Under the pieces are notes generated by a model. The model was not told the origin of the DNA. It did not search any database and was given only the letters and a program-made list of their open reading frames with translations. A stretch of 55,600 nucleotides of DNA, from contig DAIDJN010000071.1 in NCBI GenBank assembly GCA_027451365.1, forward strand, positions 1 through 55,600, given 5' to 3'. Position numbers and translations under genes: made by a program. The DNA is from Phycisphaerales bacterium. Lineage in GTDB: Bacteria; Planctomycetota; Phycisphaerae; WQYP01. This document shows, piece after piece, positions 30,838-40,379 of the stretch (position 1 is its first letter; each line of letters starts with the position of its first letter).

Positions 30838-31596
30838 ATGGCAGACGCATCAACTTTGGACAAGTGCATGGACCTTCTGGGCTACCGGTTTAATAATCCG
30901 GCTCTGCTGGAAACGGCCTTGACCCACGCCTCCTGCACGGACGACCGTCGCAACAGCAACGAAAGGCTTGAATTTTTAGGCGACTCAGTGCTGGGTTTGG
31001 TGATCTGCCACCATGTATACGACCGGTATCCGGAAAAGCTGGAGGGCGAGCTGACCATTCTTAAATCCGCAGTGGTCAGCCGTAAAACATGTGCGGCCAT
31101 CAGCAACGAAACCGGGCTGACCGGATTTATAGCGGTGGGGCCAGGCATGGATAAAACCGGCCGCCTGCCGCACAGTCTGGCCGCCGGCGTTTTTGAATCC
31201 GTGGTTGGAGCGATTTATCTGGACGGCGGGTTTGCGGCGGCACGGGCATTCATACTGGCCGCCACCGAGCGCTGGATCGCGCAATACGCCTCGTCCATGC
31301 ACCAGCAGAATTTTAAATCGGTACTGCAGCAGTATACCCAACGGCACAGCGGAGGCACGCCAACCTACGAAGTTCTGGCGGAAAGTGGGCCGGATCATGA
31401 CAAATCGTTCTGTATCCGCGTGGTAGCCGCGGGCAAAACTTTTGAATCAGCATGGGGGCAAACAAAAAAACAAGCAGAGCAGCAGGCGGCTTTCAATGCG
31501 CTGCGCGAACTGGGTGTCATGGCGGAACTTGGTCTTGCAGCCGGCGCGGAACATCTGAACGGGGATCACCAGGTAATTCCAGAAAAACCTGAATAA
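30838..31596 (+). CDS. rnc: Ribonuclease III
   Basis: ALTH.S; NERLEFLGDSVLG; FES..GAIYLD.G; dsRBD KS.LQ...GPDH.K.F...KKQAEQ.AA; ATG after GAGGA. Confidence 0.97.
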   Translation: MADASTLDKCMDLLGYRFNNPALLETALTHASCTDDRRNSNERLEFLGDSVLGLVICHHVYDRYPEKLEGELTILKSAVVSRKTCAAISNETGLTGFIAVGPGMDKTGRLPHSLAAGVFESVVGAIYLDGGFAAARAFILAATERWIAQYASSMHQQNFKSVLQQYTQRHSGGTPTYEVLAESGPDHDKSFCIRVVAAGKTFESAWGQTKKQAEQQAAFNALRELGVMAELGLAAGAEHLNGDHQVIPEKPE

Positions 31597-32172
31597 AACA
31601 TCCTTACGCCATAATCTGACCGGTGTTGCCGCCGGACTTTTGACCGCTGCCGACATAATCAAAAGGCATTTATCCGCGCTGCAAGCACGCCCGCGGCGCG
31701 CAGCGTCTCGGGTGTGCAAACAAATCGCCATCATTTACAAGCTGTTTTTTGCGTCCGCCAGGCACCCCATAAGACTGGCGGCGAAATTCGTGTGCCCGGC
31801 CATCACCCGGAGCTTATTTTTTAATCCTTCAAGTCACATTCATCTGGACAATGTTTTTTGAACAGACGGCTCGAAGACCGAATGCCGCCGCCATGTGGAT
31901 TTTATCGGCCACATGACAGTGGTGGGCAAATGCCCGCGTGGGACAGCGCCCCATAATAAAAAAAATAGCGCGCTGGAGGATATTTTGCTTGTTTGGCTCG
32001 CCGGCATCGCCGATGAAATATCCGTTGGAGATGGAAGGATCCGGGGCCGTAGTGAAAAGCCCCCGGCGGAAGAAAGAAAGATTCCCGGGACACTGAAAAG
32101 GAAGTGCGCATCGGAATATGGCAGACAACCGTTTTATAATTTAGTTATGTACATTTTTATGAGGATTTTCAA

Positions 32173-33846
32173 ATGATTGCTTCACACCGGAAGGACGTCC
32201 GGATGTGGAGAGAGAGAAAAATCGCGGCTGTCTCACTGGCGATTGCAGGGGCCGCGGCGCTGGCCCTGAACTCGCACGCAGGCGCGACGGTTTCCACCAC
32301 ACTCCCCGCTCCCACCGCTCCACTGACTATTGCGGCGGGAACCACTTATAACCCCACCCAGACGCAGATCGGCCTGCCACAATTGCTGGCGGCCAATTCC
32401 AGCCTGACCGGAGCGGGTGTGACGGTGGCGCAGGTTGAAGCTCCGCTTTCCGGCGGCGACTATTTCGAACCCACCATTTCCCAAACTGGCGTTTCCCCGT
32501 TGATTTTTACCTTTGTAAATGGGTCCGGGACGGTGTCCACCGCACAGAACACGTCGGAAGAATCCGGCCACGCCACCTATGTGGGTCAATTGTTCTACGG
32601 CACCTCCGGCGGAATTTCGCCGGGGATCAGCCAGATTTATGTGTTCGACGCCAATGACGCCTACCTGACCATGGCCAATGGGAACACCCTTATTCCGACC
32701 GGCGACACCACCGCCCCGGCGGTGGTGAATCAGAGTTTCGTGTTCCCGGGCGAAAACGCCTACGGAATTCAATACCTGGACTCCCTTTATGACAATTATG
32801 CCGCGAGCCACAACACATTGTTTGTGTCAGCCATCGGCGATGGCGGCAGCAGTTATGCCACCGGAACCAGTCCGGTCAGTTATGTCAATCCGCCCGCGGA
32901 CGCCTATAACGGTATCGGTGTCGCCGCCCTGAACGGCGGATCGGGCGTGGGACCGACCTACGACGGTCGCAGCAAGCCGGATATCACCGCACCCGGAAGC
33001 TACACAAGTTATACGACGCCCATTGTTTCCGGCGCAGCGACTTTGCTGATTCAGGCCGGCGACGAAGGCATCGGCGGAGCCGGCACGCAAGTCGCGGCCA
33101 CCGATATTCGTACCGTCAAGGCGCTGCTGCTAAACGGCGCGGTCAAGCCGACCGGCTGGACAAATTCCTATACAGTCAACAGCGGCGTGATCACGTACAA
33201 TGCCCCGAAAGCATTTTCCAACACTCCGCTGGACCCGCGTTATGGCGCAGGCGTGGTAAATGTTTACAATTCCTACGAGCAGCTTGCCGCAGGCGAACAC
33301 ACCTACAGCGCAGCGTCCACACAGGCGGTCAATGCCGCCCCGGTGTACGCCACCACTGCCGGCCCCGTCGAAACGAGCTTTGACGGCTGGAATCTGGCGA
33401 CCATCACCAGTGGCACGAGCTTCGATGCGGCGCAACATTATCTGTTCAACCTTCCGGGCACAGGCGGCAATTCATATGACCTGACCGCCACACTGACCTG
33501 GGACCGGCAGGTGAATCAGACCGCAATCAACAACTTGTCGCTGTATCTGATGAGTTCCGGCGGAAGCCAAATCGCCGGCAGTTTCAGCACCATTGACAAT
33601 GTGCAGCAATTAACCGTGAGCAACCTGGCACCTGGAAGTTACGATCTGCAGGTCATAAAGCTGGGCGGGACATCCATTGTATCCGCATCCGAAACCTATG
33701 CACTGGCATTTAATTTTGTCGACCCGGCCGGGCCGACTTCCAATGGCGGCAGCATTCCGGAGCCAGCCACATGGCTGCTGATAATGACCGGTGCAGCCAG
33801 TATCAGTCTGATGCCACGACGGGCGTTTACCCGGGTGCGGGCCTGA
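32173..33846 (+). CDS. Subtilisin-like (S8) peptidase with PEP-CTERM sorting signal
   Basis: LTG.GV.VAQVE; SGHAT.V; GRSKPDITAPG..TSY.TP.VSG; KALLLNGA; YGAG.VN; C-terminal IPEP + TM + RR. Confidence 0.88.
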   Translation: MIASHRKDVRMWRERKIAAVSLAIAGAAALALNSHAGATVSTTLPAPTAPLTIAAGTTYNPTQTQIGLPQLLAANSSLTGAGVTVAQVEAPLSGGDYFEPTISQTGVSPLIFTFVNGSGTVSTAQNTSEESGHATYVGQLFYGTSGGISPGISQIYVFDANDAYLTMANGNTLIPTGDTTAPAVVNQSFVFPGENAYGIQYLDSLYDNYAASHNTLFVSAIGDGGSSYATGTSPVSYVNPPADAYNGIGVAALNGGSGVGPTYDGRSKPDITAPGSYTSYTTPIVSGAATLLIQAGDEGIGGAGTQVAATDIRTVKALLLNGAVKPTGWTNSYTVNSGVITYNAPKAFSNTPLDPRYGAGVVNVYNSYEQLAAGEHTYSAASTQAVNAAPVYATTAGPVETSFDGWNLATITSGTSFDAAQHYLFNLPGTGGNSYDLTATLTWDRQVNQTAINNLSLYLMSSGGSQIAGSFSTIDNVQQLTVSNLAPGSYDLQVIKLGGTSIVSASETYALAFNFVDPAGPTSNGGSIPEPATWLLIMTGAASISLMPRRAFTRVRA

Positions 33847-33926
33847 CATAAACCGCACAATGGCGGCGGTCCGGACCGGGCAGACTATAAAAGACACGAG
33901 AGATTGAGGATTACCTTGGGTTCAGC

Positions 33927-33972
33927 TCAGCACGGCGGGGCGCTTGCGCCTCGTCGGCTGATGCTTTTTTTT
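33927..33972 (+). terminator. Intrinsic terminator after the S8 peptidase gene
   Basis: TCAGC-A-CGGCGGGGCG/CGCCTCGTCG-GCTGA stem followed by a T8 run. Confidence 0.6.
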
Positions 33973-34003
33973 AGCCTAACTGTTCGCCGCCTGACGTGGC
34001 TGG

Positions 34004-35425
34004 TTATTTGCGAAAGAACGTCTTGCCCGGCGCGGTGATCTTGCTTAAGCGATTGTTGACATACAACCCCTCCAGCAAAAATTCGGCGAGCGAAACCAGA
34101 ACTCCGGCGTCGTCAGCGGACAGTTTCATATCTTTGGCGAGTTTTACCGCAGCGGCCTTTAGCCCTTTTACATGGCCAATATTTTCCAGAAGAATTTCCG
34201 TGGGAACTTCGTCGCCCACCTGCAGGGCGACACCGCCCTTGAACTGGGCAATCAGTTCAGCGTAGTCGTCAATTTCCACACTGCGATCGAAAATGGATTT
34301 AACCGCTTCGCCGATCAACGCCCCGATGAGTTTATCTTCAGATGACTCACCTTCAGGCAACATCAGTTCGACCTTGCCGCGAGAACTGGCATGGATAAAT
34401 CCCAGATCATCCACGCGGGCGACAACACGCGATTCTTTATGCAGAATGCCCCGGCGCTCAGCGGCACTGACCAGATTTTCGGCATTGGCAATGGAACAGC
34501 GCACGCTTACGCCGCTGGCCTGATTCACGTGCGGACTATGGCGGGCGAGACGGACAAATTCCTCAAGAATCTCGTGCATGAAACGCGGAATTTCCACCGT
34601 TACGCCGCCGTCGCGATCAAGCCATGCGTTTTCCCGTGTAATTTCCACCGCTTGCTCAAGATTGGCCGGATAATGCGTGCGAATGACACTCCCGATGCGG
34701 TCTTTAAGCGGAGTCACAATGCGCCCGCGGTTCGTGTAATCTTCCGGATTGGCGGAGAAAGTCATGCACAGGTCAAGATCAAGCCGGATAGGATAACCGC
34801 GTATCTGCACATCGCGTTCCTCCAGAACGTTGAACAGACCCACTTGAATTTTCGGCGCCAGGTCCGGCAATTCATTCATCGCAAATATGCCGCGGTTTGT
34901 GCGGGGAATCAGGCCGAAGTGCATGGTGGATTCATCGGAAAGAAATTTGCCCTGGGCGTGCCGCACCAGGTCAATTTCACCAATCAGGTCCGCGATCGTC
35001 ACATCAGGCGTGGCGAGTTTTTCATGGTAACGGGCACTTCGATGCAGCCAGTGTATCGCGGCATCATCGCCCTGTTCGGCGACAATCCGGCGGCCTGCGG
35101 AAAATCGTGGAGCGATCGGCTCATCCGGAATTTCGGATTCCGACAGAACCGGAATCCATTCATCCAGCAGGTCCGGCAACATTCTCAAAAGCCGGGATTT
35201 CGCCTGGCCTCGCAGACCAAGAAACAGCATGTCATGCCGACTAAGAATGGCATGAACGACCTGCGGGATCACTGAATCTTCATAACCGACAAGGCCGGGA
35301 AACAGGGCCTCTCCGCTGCGCAGCCGGGCAATCACATTGCGGCGTAATTCATCTTTGACGGTCGATGGCTTATAGCCGGTGGATTTGAGTTGGCCAACTG
35401 TACGCGGCTGGGGGGGATGGTTCAT
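34004..35425 (-). CDS. Mg-chelatase ChlI-like / MoxR-related AAA+ ATPase
   Basis: GLRGQAKSR; EKLATPDVT.ADLIG; NELPDL; ANPEDYTNRGRIVTPLKDRIGS; start at ATG 35425. Confidence 0.9.
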   Translation of the reverse strand: MNHPPQPRTVGQLKSTGYKPSTVKDELRRNVIARLRSGEALFPGLVGYEDSVIPQVVHAILSRHDMLFLGLRGQAKSRLLRMLPDLLDEWIPVLSESEIPDEPIAPRFSAGRRIVAEQGDDAAIHWLHRSARYHEKLATPDVTIADLIGEIDLVRHAQGKFLSDESTMHFGLIPRTNRGIFAMNELPDLAPKIQVGLFNVLEERDVQIRGYPIRLDLDLCMTFSANPEDYTNRGRIVTPLKDRIGSVIRTHYPANLEQAVEITRENAWLDRDGGVTVEIPRFMHEILEEFVRLARHSPHVNQASGVSVRCSIANAENLVSAAERRGILHKESRVVARVDDLGFIHASSRGKVELMLPEGESSEDKLIGALIGEAVKSIFDRSVEIDDYAELIAQFKGGVALQVGDEVPTEILLENIGHVKGLKAAAVKLAKDMKLSADDAGVLVSLAEFLLEGLYVNNRLSKITAPGKTFFRK

Positions 35426-35547
35426 ATTTAAAATCCTTGAGGAATTAAACTGCCGGAGCAAATATTCAAAGCCGAAAGCATGGTAGCGCGGCGGCGGATT
35501 GGAATCAACCGGTCCCAAGCATTGCGCCCCATCACGGATATACAAGC

Positions 35548-35588
35548 TTGACCAAACTGCATCGATTTGATAACCTAAAAATTTAGGT
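35548..35588 (+). promoter_or_regulatory. Sigma70-type promoter overlapped by a BlaI-type palindromic operator
   Basis: TTGACC (35548-53), 17 bp spacer, TGn-TAACCT (35571-76); perfect inverted repeat ACCTAAA-AA-TTTAGGT (35573-35588). Confidence 0.75.
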
Positions 35589-35609
35589 GATAGAAAAAGG
35601 CGTTAACCC

Positions 35610-36032
35610 ATGCTGAAATCCACCGAATCCACCCCCACCCAGCGCGAACTGGAAATATTAAAAATACTCTGGGATATCGGCCCGGCCACAGTGCGCGACG
35701 TGCACGAACGCATGACGGCACATGAACCATTGGCACAAAATACGGTGCAAACTTTTTTACGCTTGATGGAAGACAAGAAACTGGTGGAGCATGTGGCCGC
35801 GGGCCGGGCATTTGTCTACCGGCCGCTGTACACGCGGCAGCGAACCGTATCGCGATTTTTGCATACCATTTGTGATGGTGCCGTGGACCAGTTGGTGCTT
35901 CATGCAATCGCCGATCGCGGCTTGACGGAAAGCGAATGCCGTCAACTGGAACAGTTAATTCATCACGCCCGTACGACCGGTTCCGATCCCGATGCTGCCG
36001 ATTCAAGCCGCCCGAAGGAGCCGCAAAAATGA
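35610..36032 (+). CDS. BlaI/MecI/CopY family repressor
   Basis: PT.RELEILKILW..GPATVR.V; TVQT.L..M..K.LV; RAFVYRP. Confidence 0.93.
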   Translation: MLKSTESTPTQRELEILKILWDIGPATVRDVHERMTAHEPLAQNTVQTFLRLMEDKKLVEHVAAGRAFVYRPLYTRQRTVSRFLHTICDGAVDQLVLHAIADRGLTESECRQLEQLIHHARTTGSDPDAADSSRPKEPQK

Positions 36033-38242
36033 CCGGTCCGTCGGGCACGTTGACACAAGGTATTCCCCTGTTCAGCCATTGGCTGCTCGAAAGTTTTTTC
36101 GCAGCCACAACCCTGTTCGGTATAGGCACGCCCATCGTCATGCGCGTGCGATCAACCCCGCTCCGCCAGCGCCTGGCGGAGGGAATTCTACTTGCCGCAC
36201 TGCTGGCGGCCCTCCTGGCGGCTATTCCTGGCATTCGTCCGTGGTCCTTGGGGCTTGTGGCCGCAAATGCTTCTCCAAAGGTATCGGCGGCCGACGCTAA
36301 ACCGCTGCATATCGGCCTGATCCAGCATTTTGCCAGCGGCTCACCGCATACGGCCAGTGCGGCCAATTCCACGCGACACACAGCCCCCCTGCTTTTGCAA
36401 TGCCGCCGCTGCGCGAGCAGATTACTGGCAACCACTAGAACGCTATTGCCGCCCATCGGACTCATTGAATGTGTGTATGCGACCGGAGTTTTATTGTGCC
36501 TGCTGCGCCTGCTGCTGGCGTCAATTCTGCTGCGTCGCTTGGTGCGGCGGTCCATTGCGGCCGGTCCGGATACGCTGGCCTGCTGGCAGGCCGCTACCCG
36601 GCCTATGCTTTGCGCCGCTGCAAACATCCATCGCACCAGGCCCGACTTTGCGGCGGAATTGCGCATCTCGCCGGACATTGCCGCTCCGATTGCTTTTGGC
36701 ATTTTGCGGCGGTATGTGCTTATTCCACCACAGTTGGCCCGCGATTGCCCGTCGGAAACGCTTGCCGCCGTTTTGCGCCATGAAGCGGCGCATCTTGTCC
36801 GACGGGATGGCTGGTCACAATTTGTCGCGGCCATAGCCGGTGCCATTTATTTTTATCAACCCTTGGTACACATGCTTCGGCGTCGCATTGGCCGCGACCG
36901 AGAACTGATTGCGGACAATTGTGCCGCCGACTTGTGCGGCGGAACACTTGCCTATGCCCAACACCTGCTAAATGCCGCCAAAATGTGCCACATGCGGCGG
37001 TCGGCGGCTTTGGCCGTGGGACTGGTAAATCGCCAGTCAGAATTGCAGGCTCGCATTGTACAACTCACACAGCCGACAAACGGTTCTATGAAAGTAGTCT
37101 CCGGTCGATACCTGATATTATGCGGGCTGTGCCTGCTGACTTTTGCCACCTGTATTTCCATGGTAACGCTACGGGCAAAAGTCGCCATCGCCGGCCCTAT
37201 CCGCCGCGCATCGGGCGCTCCTCTGTCGCGGGCAAAATCGACCGCCCGGACTCTGGCACGCTGCCGACAAACCGGGATCGCGTTTCTACTTCAGCGGCAG
37301 GATGCGGATGGTGCGTGGCTGGGTCGCTATGGACCAGCCGTCACTGCACTGGCCACCAAAGCGCTTATTCAGGCTGGATATTCTGTAAGCAGTTCGCCAG
37401 TGCGGCATGGACTGATGTTTATCGAATCCCAGCGCCATGCCGATGGCGGGTTTTATGGCAATACCGAGCCGCTGTACAACACCGCTATTGTCCTACGCAC
37501 ATTGGGCTATTTTCACACCGCACGCATTAAGCAGCAGATTGCCGCCGCCGAGGCCTTTCTTCGCCGCGCCAACAGCCTGCCGAACCAGTCAATTCAACAA
37601 TGGTTCGGCAGTCGTCGGCGAACCACATCAGCCAGCCAGACCGGACTTGATGGCTATCTCCAGCACAGCCTGACTGGCCAGGATCAATCGGGCAATACCA
37701 GACTTCTGCAGTCGGCGTTACGCTTGGCAGAACGGCCCAACCGGGCATCTGCGGCCACGGCCAGGTCACCCGGTGAATCGCAGGTCGCAGCATTCCCTGC
37801 ATTACCGGCCAATCAACCATTTTTGGACGCGCACGAACGCAGCGCTGCCATGCGGCTGACCAATTACGGCAACATCACGTACAGCCAATTGAAAAGCATG
37901 GTGTATGCAGGCCTTTCCGGCCATGACGTGCGCACCCGCCGCTTGCTGGCATGGCTCCAGAGGCACTACACGCTGGCTGAAAATCCGGCGGAAGGATCGC
38001 GCCGCGGACTGTTTTATTACTACCTGACACTCGCCTCGGTTCTGCACGCTTCCCACCATCGCATTTTTACCGATTTTCACGGCCAACCGCATAATTGGTC
38101 GCGTGAACTTCTGAGGCGGCTTTCCAAAATGCAACGGCCAGACGGAAGTTGGCGGAATTCCAGTAACCGAGCCTGGCTGGAAGGAAACCAAATAATGGCC
38201 ACGACATATGCGGTGCTGACGCTGGAGGAACTACGAAATTGA
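36029..38242 (+). CDS. M56 (BlaR1-like) peptidase fused to a prenyltransferase/squalene oxidase repeat domain
   Basis: ATGA coupling with blaI; HEAAH..R.D; RE..AD; L..RI; then Q..DG.W repeats, YG.ITY..LKSMVYAGL, GLFYYY, Q.PDGSW.N. Confidence 0.85.
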   Translation: MTGPSGTLTQGIPLFSHWLLESFFAATTLFGIGTPIVMRVRSTPLRQRLAEGILLAALLAALLAAIPGIRPWSLGLVAANASPKVSAADAKPLHIGLIQHFASGSPHTASAANSTRHTAPLLLQCRRCASRLLATTRTLLPPIGLIECVYATGVLLCLLRLLLASILLRRLVRRSIAAGPDTLACWQAATRPMLCAAANIHRTRPDFAAELRISPDIAAPIAFGILRRYVLIPPQLARDCPSETLAAVLRHEAAHLVRRDGWSQFVAAIAGAIYFYQPLVHMLRRRIGRDRELIADNCAADLCGGTLAYAQHLLNAAKMCHMRRSAALAVGLVNRQSELQARIVQLTQPTNGSMKVVSGRYLILCGLCLLTFATCISMVTLRAKVAIAGPIRRASGAPLSRAKSTARTLARCRQTGIAFLLQRQDADGAWLGRYGPAVTALATKALIQAGYSVSSSPVRHGLMFIESQRHADGGFYGNTEPLYNTAIVLRTLGYFHTARIKQQIAAAEAFLRRANSLPNQSIQQWFGSRRRTTSASQTGLDGYLQHSLTGQDQSGNTRLLQSALRLAERPNRASAATARSPGESQVAAFPALPANQPFLDAHERSAAMRLTNYGNITYSQLKSMVYAGLSGHDVRTRRLLAWLQRHYTLAENPAEGSRRGLFYYYLTLASVLHASHHRIFTDFHGQPHNWSRELLRRLSKMQRPDGSWRNSSNRAWLEGNQIMATTYAVLTLEELRN

Positions 38243-38243
38243 A

Positions 38244-38272
38244 TTTTCCGCCCACAATACAGCGGCGGAAAA
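38244..38272. terminator. Hairpin after the M56 fusion gene
   Basis: TTTTCCGCC/GGCGGAAAA inverted repeat directly after the stop. Confidence 0.4.
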
Positions 38273-38600
38273 ATAATTCTGAATGCCTGTAGCTGTGCAT
38301 GCGACGGGCTTCGCGGGCAGCGACCGGGTCGGACAACTGGTCGTGGCCAATAGGAACTTAGGAGATTGAATGAAAAAGCAGCCCTTTTTCCTGCGCAGAT
38401 TCCGCGCGCATTTCCCGCTGGCGGTCCTGCAACTGACCAGCCAGTGCGCGGCCGGGGCGATGCGGTGGAACGGCTGCTGGGGCAGCCGGGCGAAAATTGG
38501 AAACTGTGGTGGATGGCGCTGGGGGTTGATTGCGGGTGTGCGGATCGGCGCGACCGCATGAACCGACAAGGGTCGCTGCAGGCGTGCCGGGTGCGATTTC

Positions 38601-38768
38601 GGGGAGCGGGATTTGGCTGGGAAATGGCAACAGTTCGAGGCATTTTATGCCTTTGCACTGGGGCGCGGCATTGTGTTGCAACCAGATGTTCAATACTTCG
38701 CCAATACCGGTGGCGGCGTATACCCCAATGGGCTGATTGCGATGATCAGAGTAAATGTGAATTTTTAG
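38601..38768 (+). pseudogene. C-terminal fragment of an OprB-type carbohydrate porin
   Basis: Frame from 38601: GERDLAGKWQQFEAFYAFALGRGIVLQPDVQYFANTGGGVYPNGLIAMIRVNVNF*; no upstream barrel (TGA at 38559-61 in frame). Confidence 0.7.
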
Positions 38769-39006
38769 GGCTTGAAGGTCAGATAATGGGTATATCGAAA
38801 ATTGTACAATATGATTTCGCCACAAAGCTGACCGAGCCACGTTGTTTGCGGTTTCGCCCGACTTTACCCTGCCCGGCCACCGAAATCAGGCCTGTGACGG
38901 CGAACCACGGCGACGCACCAAACGGTACTTTCCGTAGAGACGCGGATATTATTAAGTCTCGGTTGCAGATATGCTTCTGAAACCGTATTGATCAGCGCGG
39001 AGAAAT

Positions 39007-40122
39007 ATGAACACCATGAACAAGTCATCCACTAATCCTCGAATTGCCATCGTCGGACTGGGCAACTGCGCCTCAACGCTGGTACAGGGGCTGAGCTATT
39101 ATCGCCGCAGCGGCCAAACCGTCGGCCTGATGCACCCGCACATAGGAGGCGTGGAAGTCGGTGATATTGAAATTGCCTGCGCGTTTGACGTAGACAGCCG
39201 CAAGATAGGCCAGCGCGTGGCGCATGCGATTTTCGCAGCACCGAACAACAGTCGCATTTTTGAACCGGAACCGGAAGACAGCGGCGCACTGGTTCACGCC
39301 GGCCCGCTGAGTGATGGCGTGGCGGATCACTTACGAAATGAACACAATCCACAACATGTGGCGGTAGCCGCGTCAGCCATCACCGGAACGTTGGCACAAG
39401 TGGTGGATATTCTGACCGCCAGCCGCGCCAACGTGCTGGTCAATTACCTGCCGGTGGGATCGCAACAGGCAACAGAGCTGTATGCCGAGGCATGTTTACT
39501 GGCTGGCATCGGAATGGTCAACTGTATTCCGGTCTTTATTGCTAGCCAGTCCACCTGGGCGCAGCGTTTTGCCCATGCGGGACTGCCGCTGGTGGGCGAC
39601 GATGTAAAATCGCAATTCGGGGCCACCATTGTTCACCGGCAACTGATGATGATCGCCCAGCAGCGCGGCATCACCGTGGATACAAGTTACCAGTTAAATG
39701 TGGGTGGAAACAATGATTTTCAAAATATGCTGGAACGCGGGCGGCTGGTCAGCAAAAAAACCAGCAAGACCGAGGCGGTGACCAGTCAGGTTCGCGGCGG
39801 CATGAAGGCGGAAAATATTCATATTGGCCCGTCGGATTACGTTCCGTTCCTGCATGACAACAAAGTCTGTTATATTCGGATGAATGCCCGCGGCTTTGGC
39901 GGCCTGCCGATGGAATTGGACCTGAAGCTTTCCGTGGAAGATTCGCCCAACAGCGCAGGGATAGTGGTGGATGCGGTCCGCTGTGCATGGCTGGCCCAAA
40001 ATCGCGGTGAAGGCGGCGTGCTTAAGCCGATTTGCGCGGCACTGATGAAGCATCCACCTGAACAGATGACAGATCAGGATGCAGCCGCCGCAATGGACGC
40101 CTGGATCAGTGCCGCAGGATAG
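39007..40122 (+). CDS. ino1: Myo-inositol-1-phosphate synthase
   Basis: IVG.GNCAS.LVQG; NYLPVGS; GDD.KSQ.GAT..HR; YQLNVGGN.DF.NM; IGPSDYV; VEDSPNSAG. Confidence 0.95.
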   Translation: MNTMNKSSTNPRIAIVGLGNCASTLVQGLSYYRRSGQTVGLMHPHIGGVEVGDIEIACAFDVDSRKIGQRVAHAIFAAPNNSRIFEPEPEDSGALVHAGPLSDGVADHLRNEHNPQHVAVAASAITGTLAQVVDILTASRANVLVNYLPVGSQQATELYAEACLLAGIGMVNCIPVFIASQSTWAQRFAHAGLPLVGDDVKSQFGATIVHRQLMMIAQQRGITVDTSYQLNVGGNNDFQNMLERGRLVSKKTSKTEAVTSQVRGGMKAENIHIGPSDYVPFLHDNKVCYIRMNARGFGGLPMELDLKLSVEDSPNSAGIVVDAVRCAWLAQNRGEGGVLKPICAALMKHPPEQMTDQDAAAAMDAWISAAG

Positions 40123-40351
40123 CGTCGGCCTGTCTGGTGGGCTGTAGCTTAAATCCCAAGAAAATGACGTACCTCGACCCGGCTAAAAATGCCAGGTCGG
40201 GCCGGAATTGCTGATTGATGGGCCGCAAACCGGCCAAATGCAAGGCGGCGGAGGTGAAAGACCAATTCGTAAGCTCATTAAAGGTGGTGCGACGCCGCCC
40301 ATGGCCCATTTGCGTTCATGCCTGCGGGCACGGGCCATGGCAAATTTATGG

Positions 40352-40379
40352 TTGACATTCCCGGCGTGCGCGATATTCT
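40352..40379 (+). promoter_or_regulatory. Putative sigma70 promoter for the PEP-CTERM gene
   Basis: TTGACA (40352-57), 16 bp, TATTCT (40374-79). Confidence 0.45.

Noticed and set aside
31597..32172. 576 bp intergenic gap including GGGCAAA..GGGAC (riboswitch-like) and small ORFs
   Set aside because: No complete aptamer architecture and no recognisable protein motif
38366..38980. 204 aa ORF as a genuine intact gene
   Set aside because: Its second half overlaps the better-supported porin fragment in another frame; treated as a mosaic of relics
40249..40268. GGTGAAAGACCAAT resembling a 23S rRNA segment
   Set aside because: Match too short, with no flanking rRNA similarity
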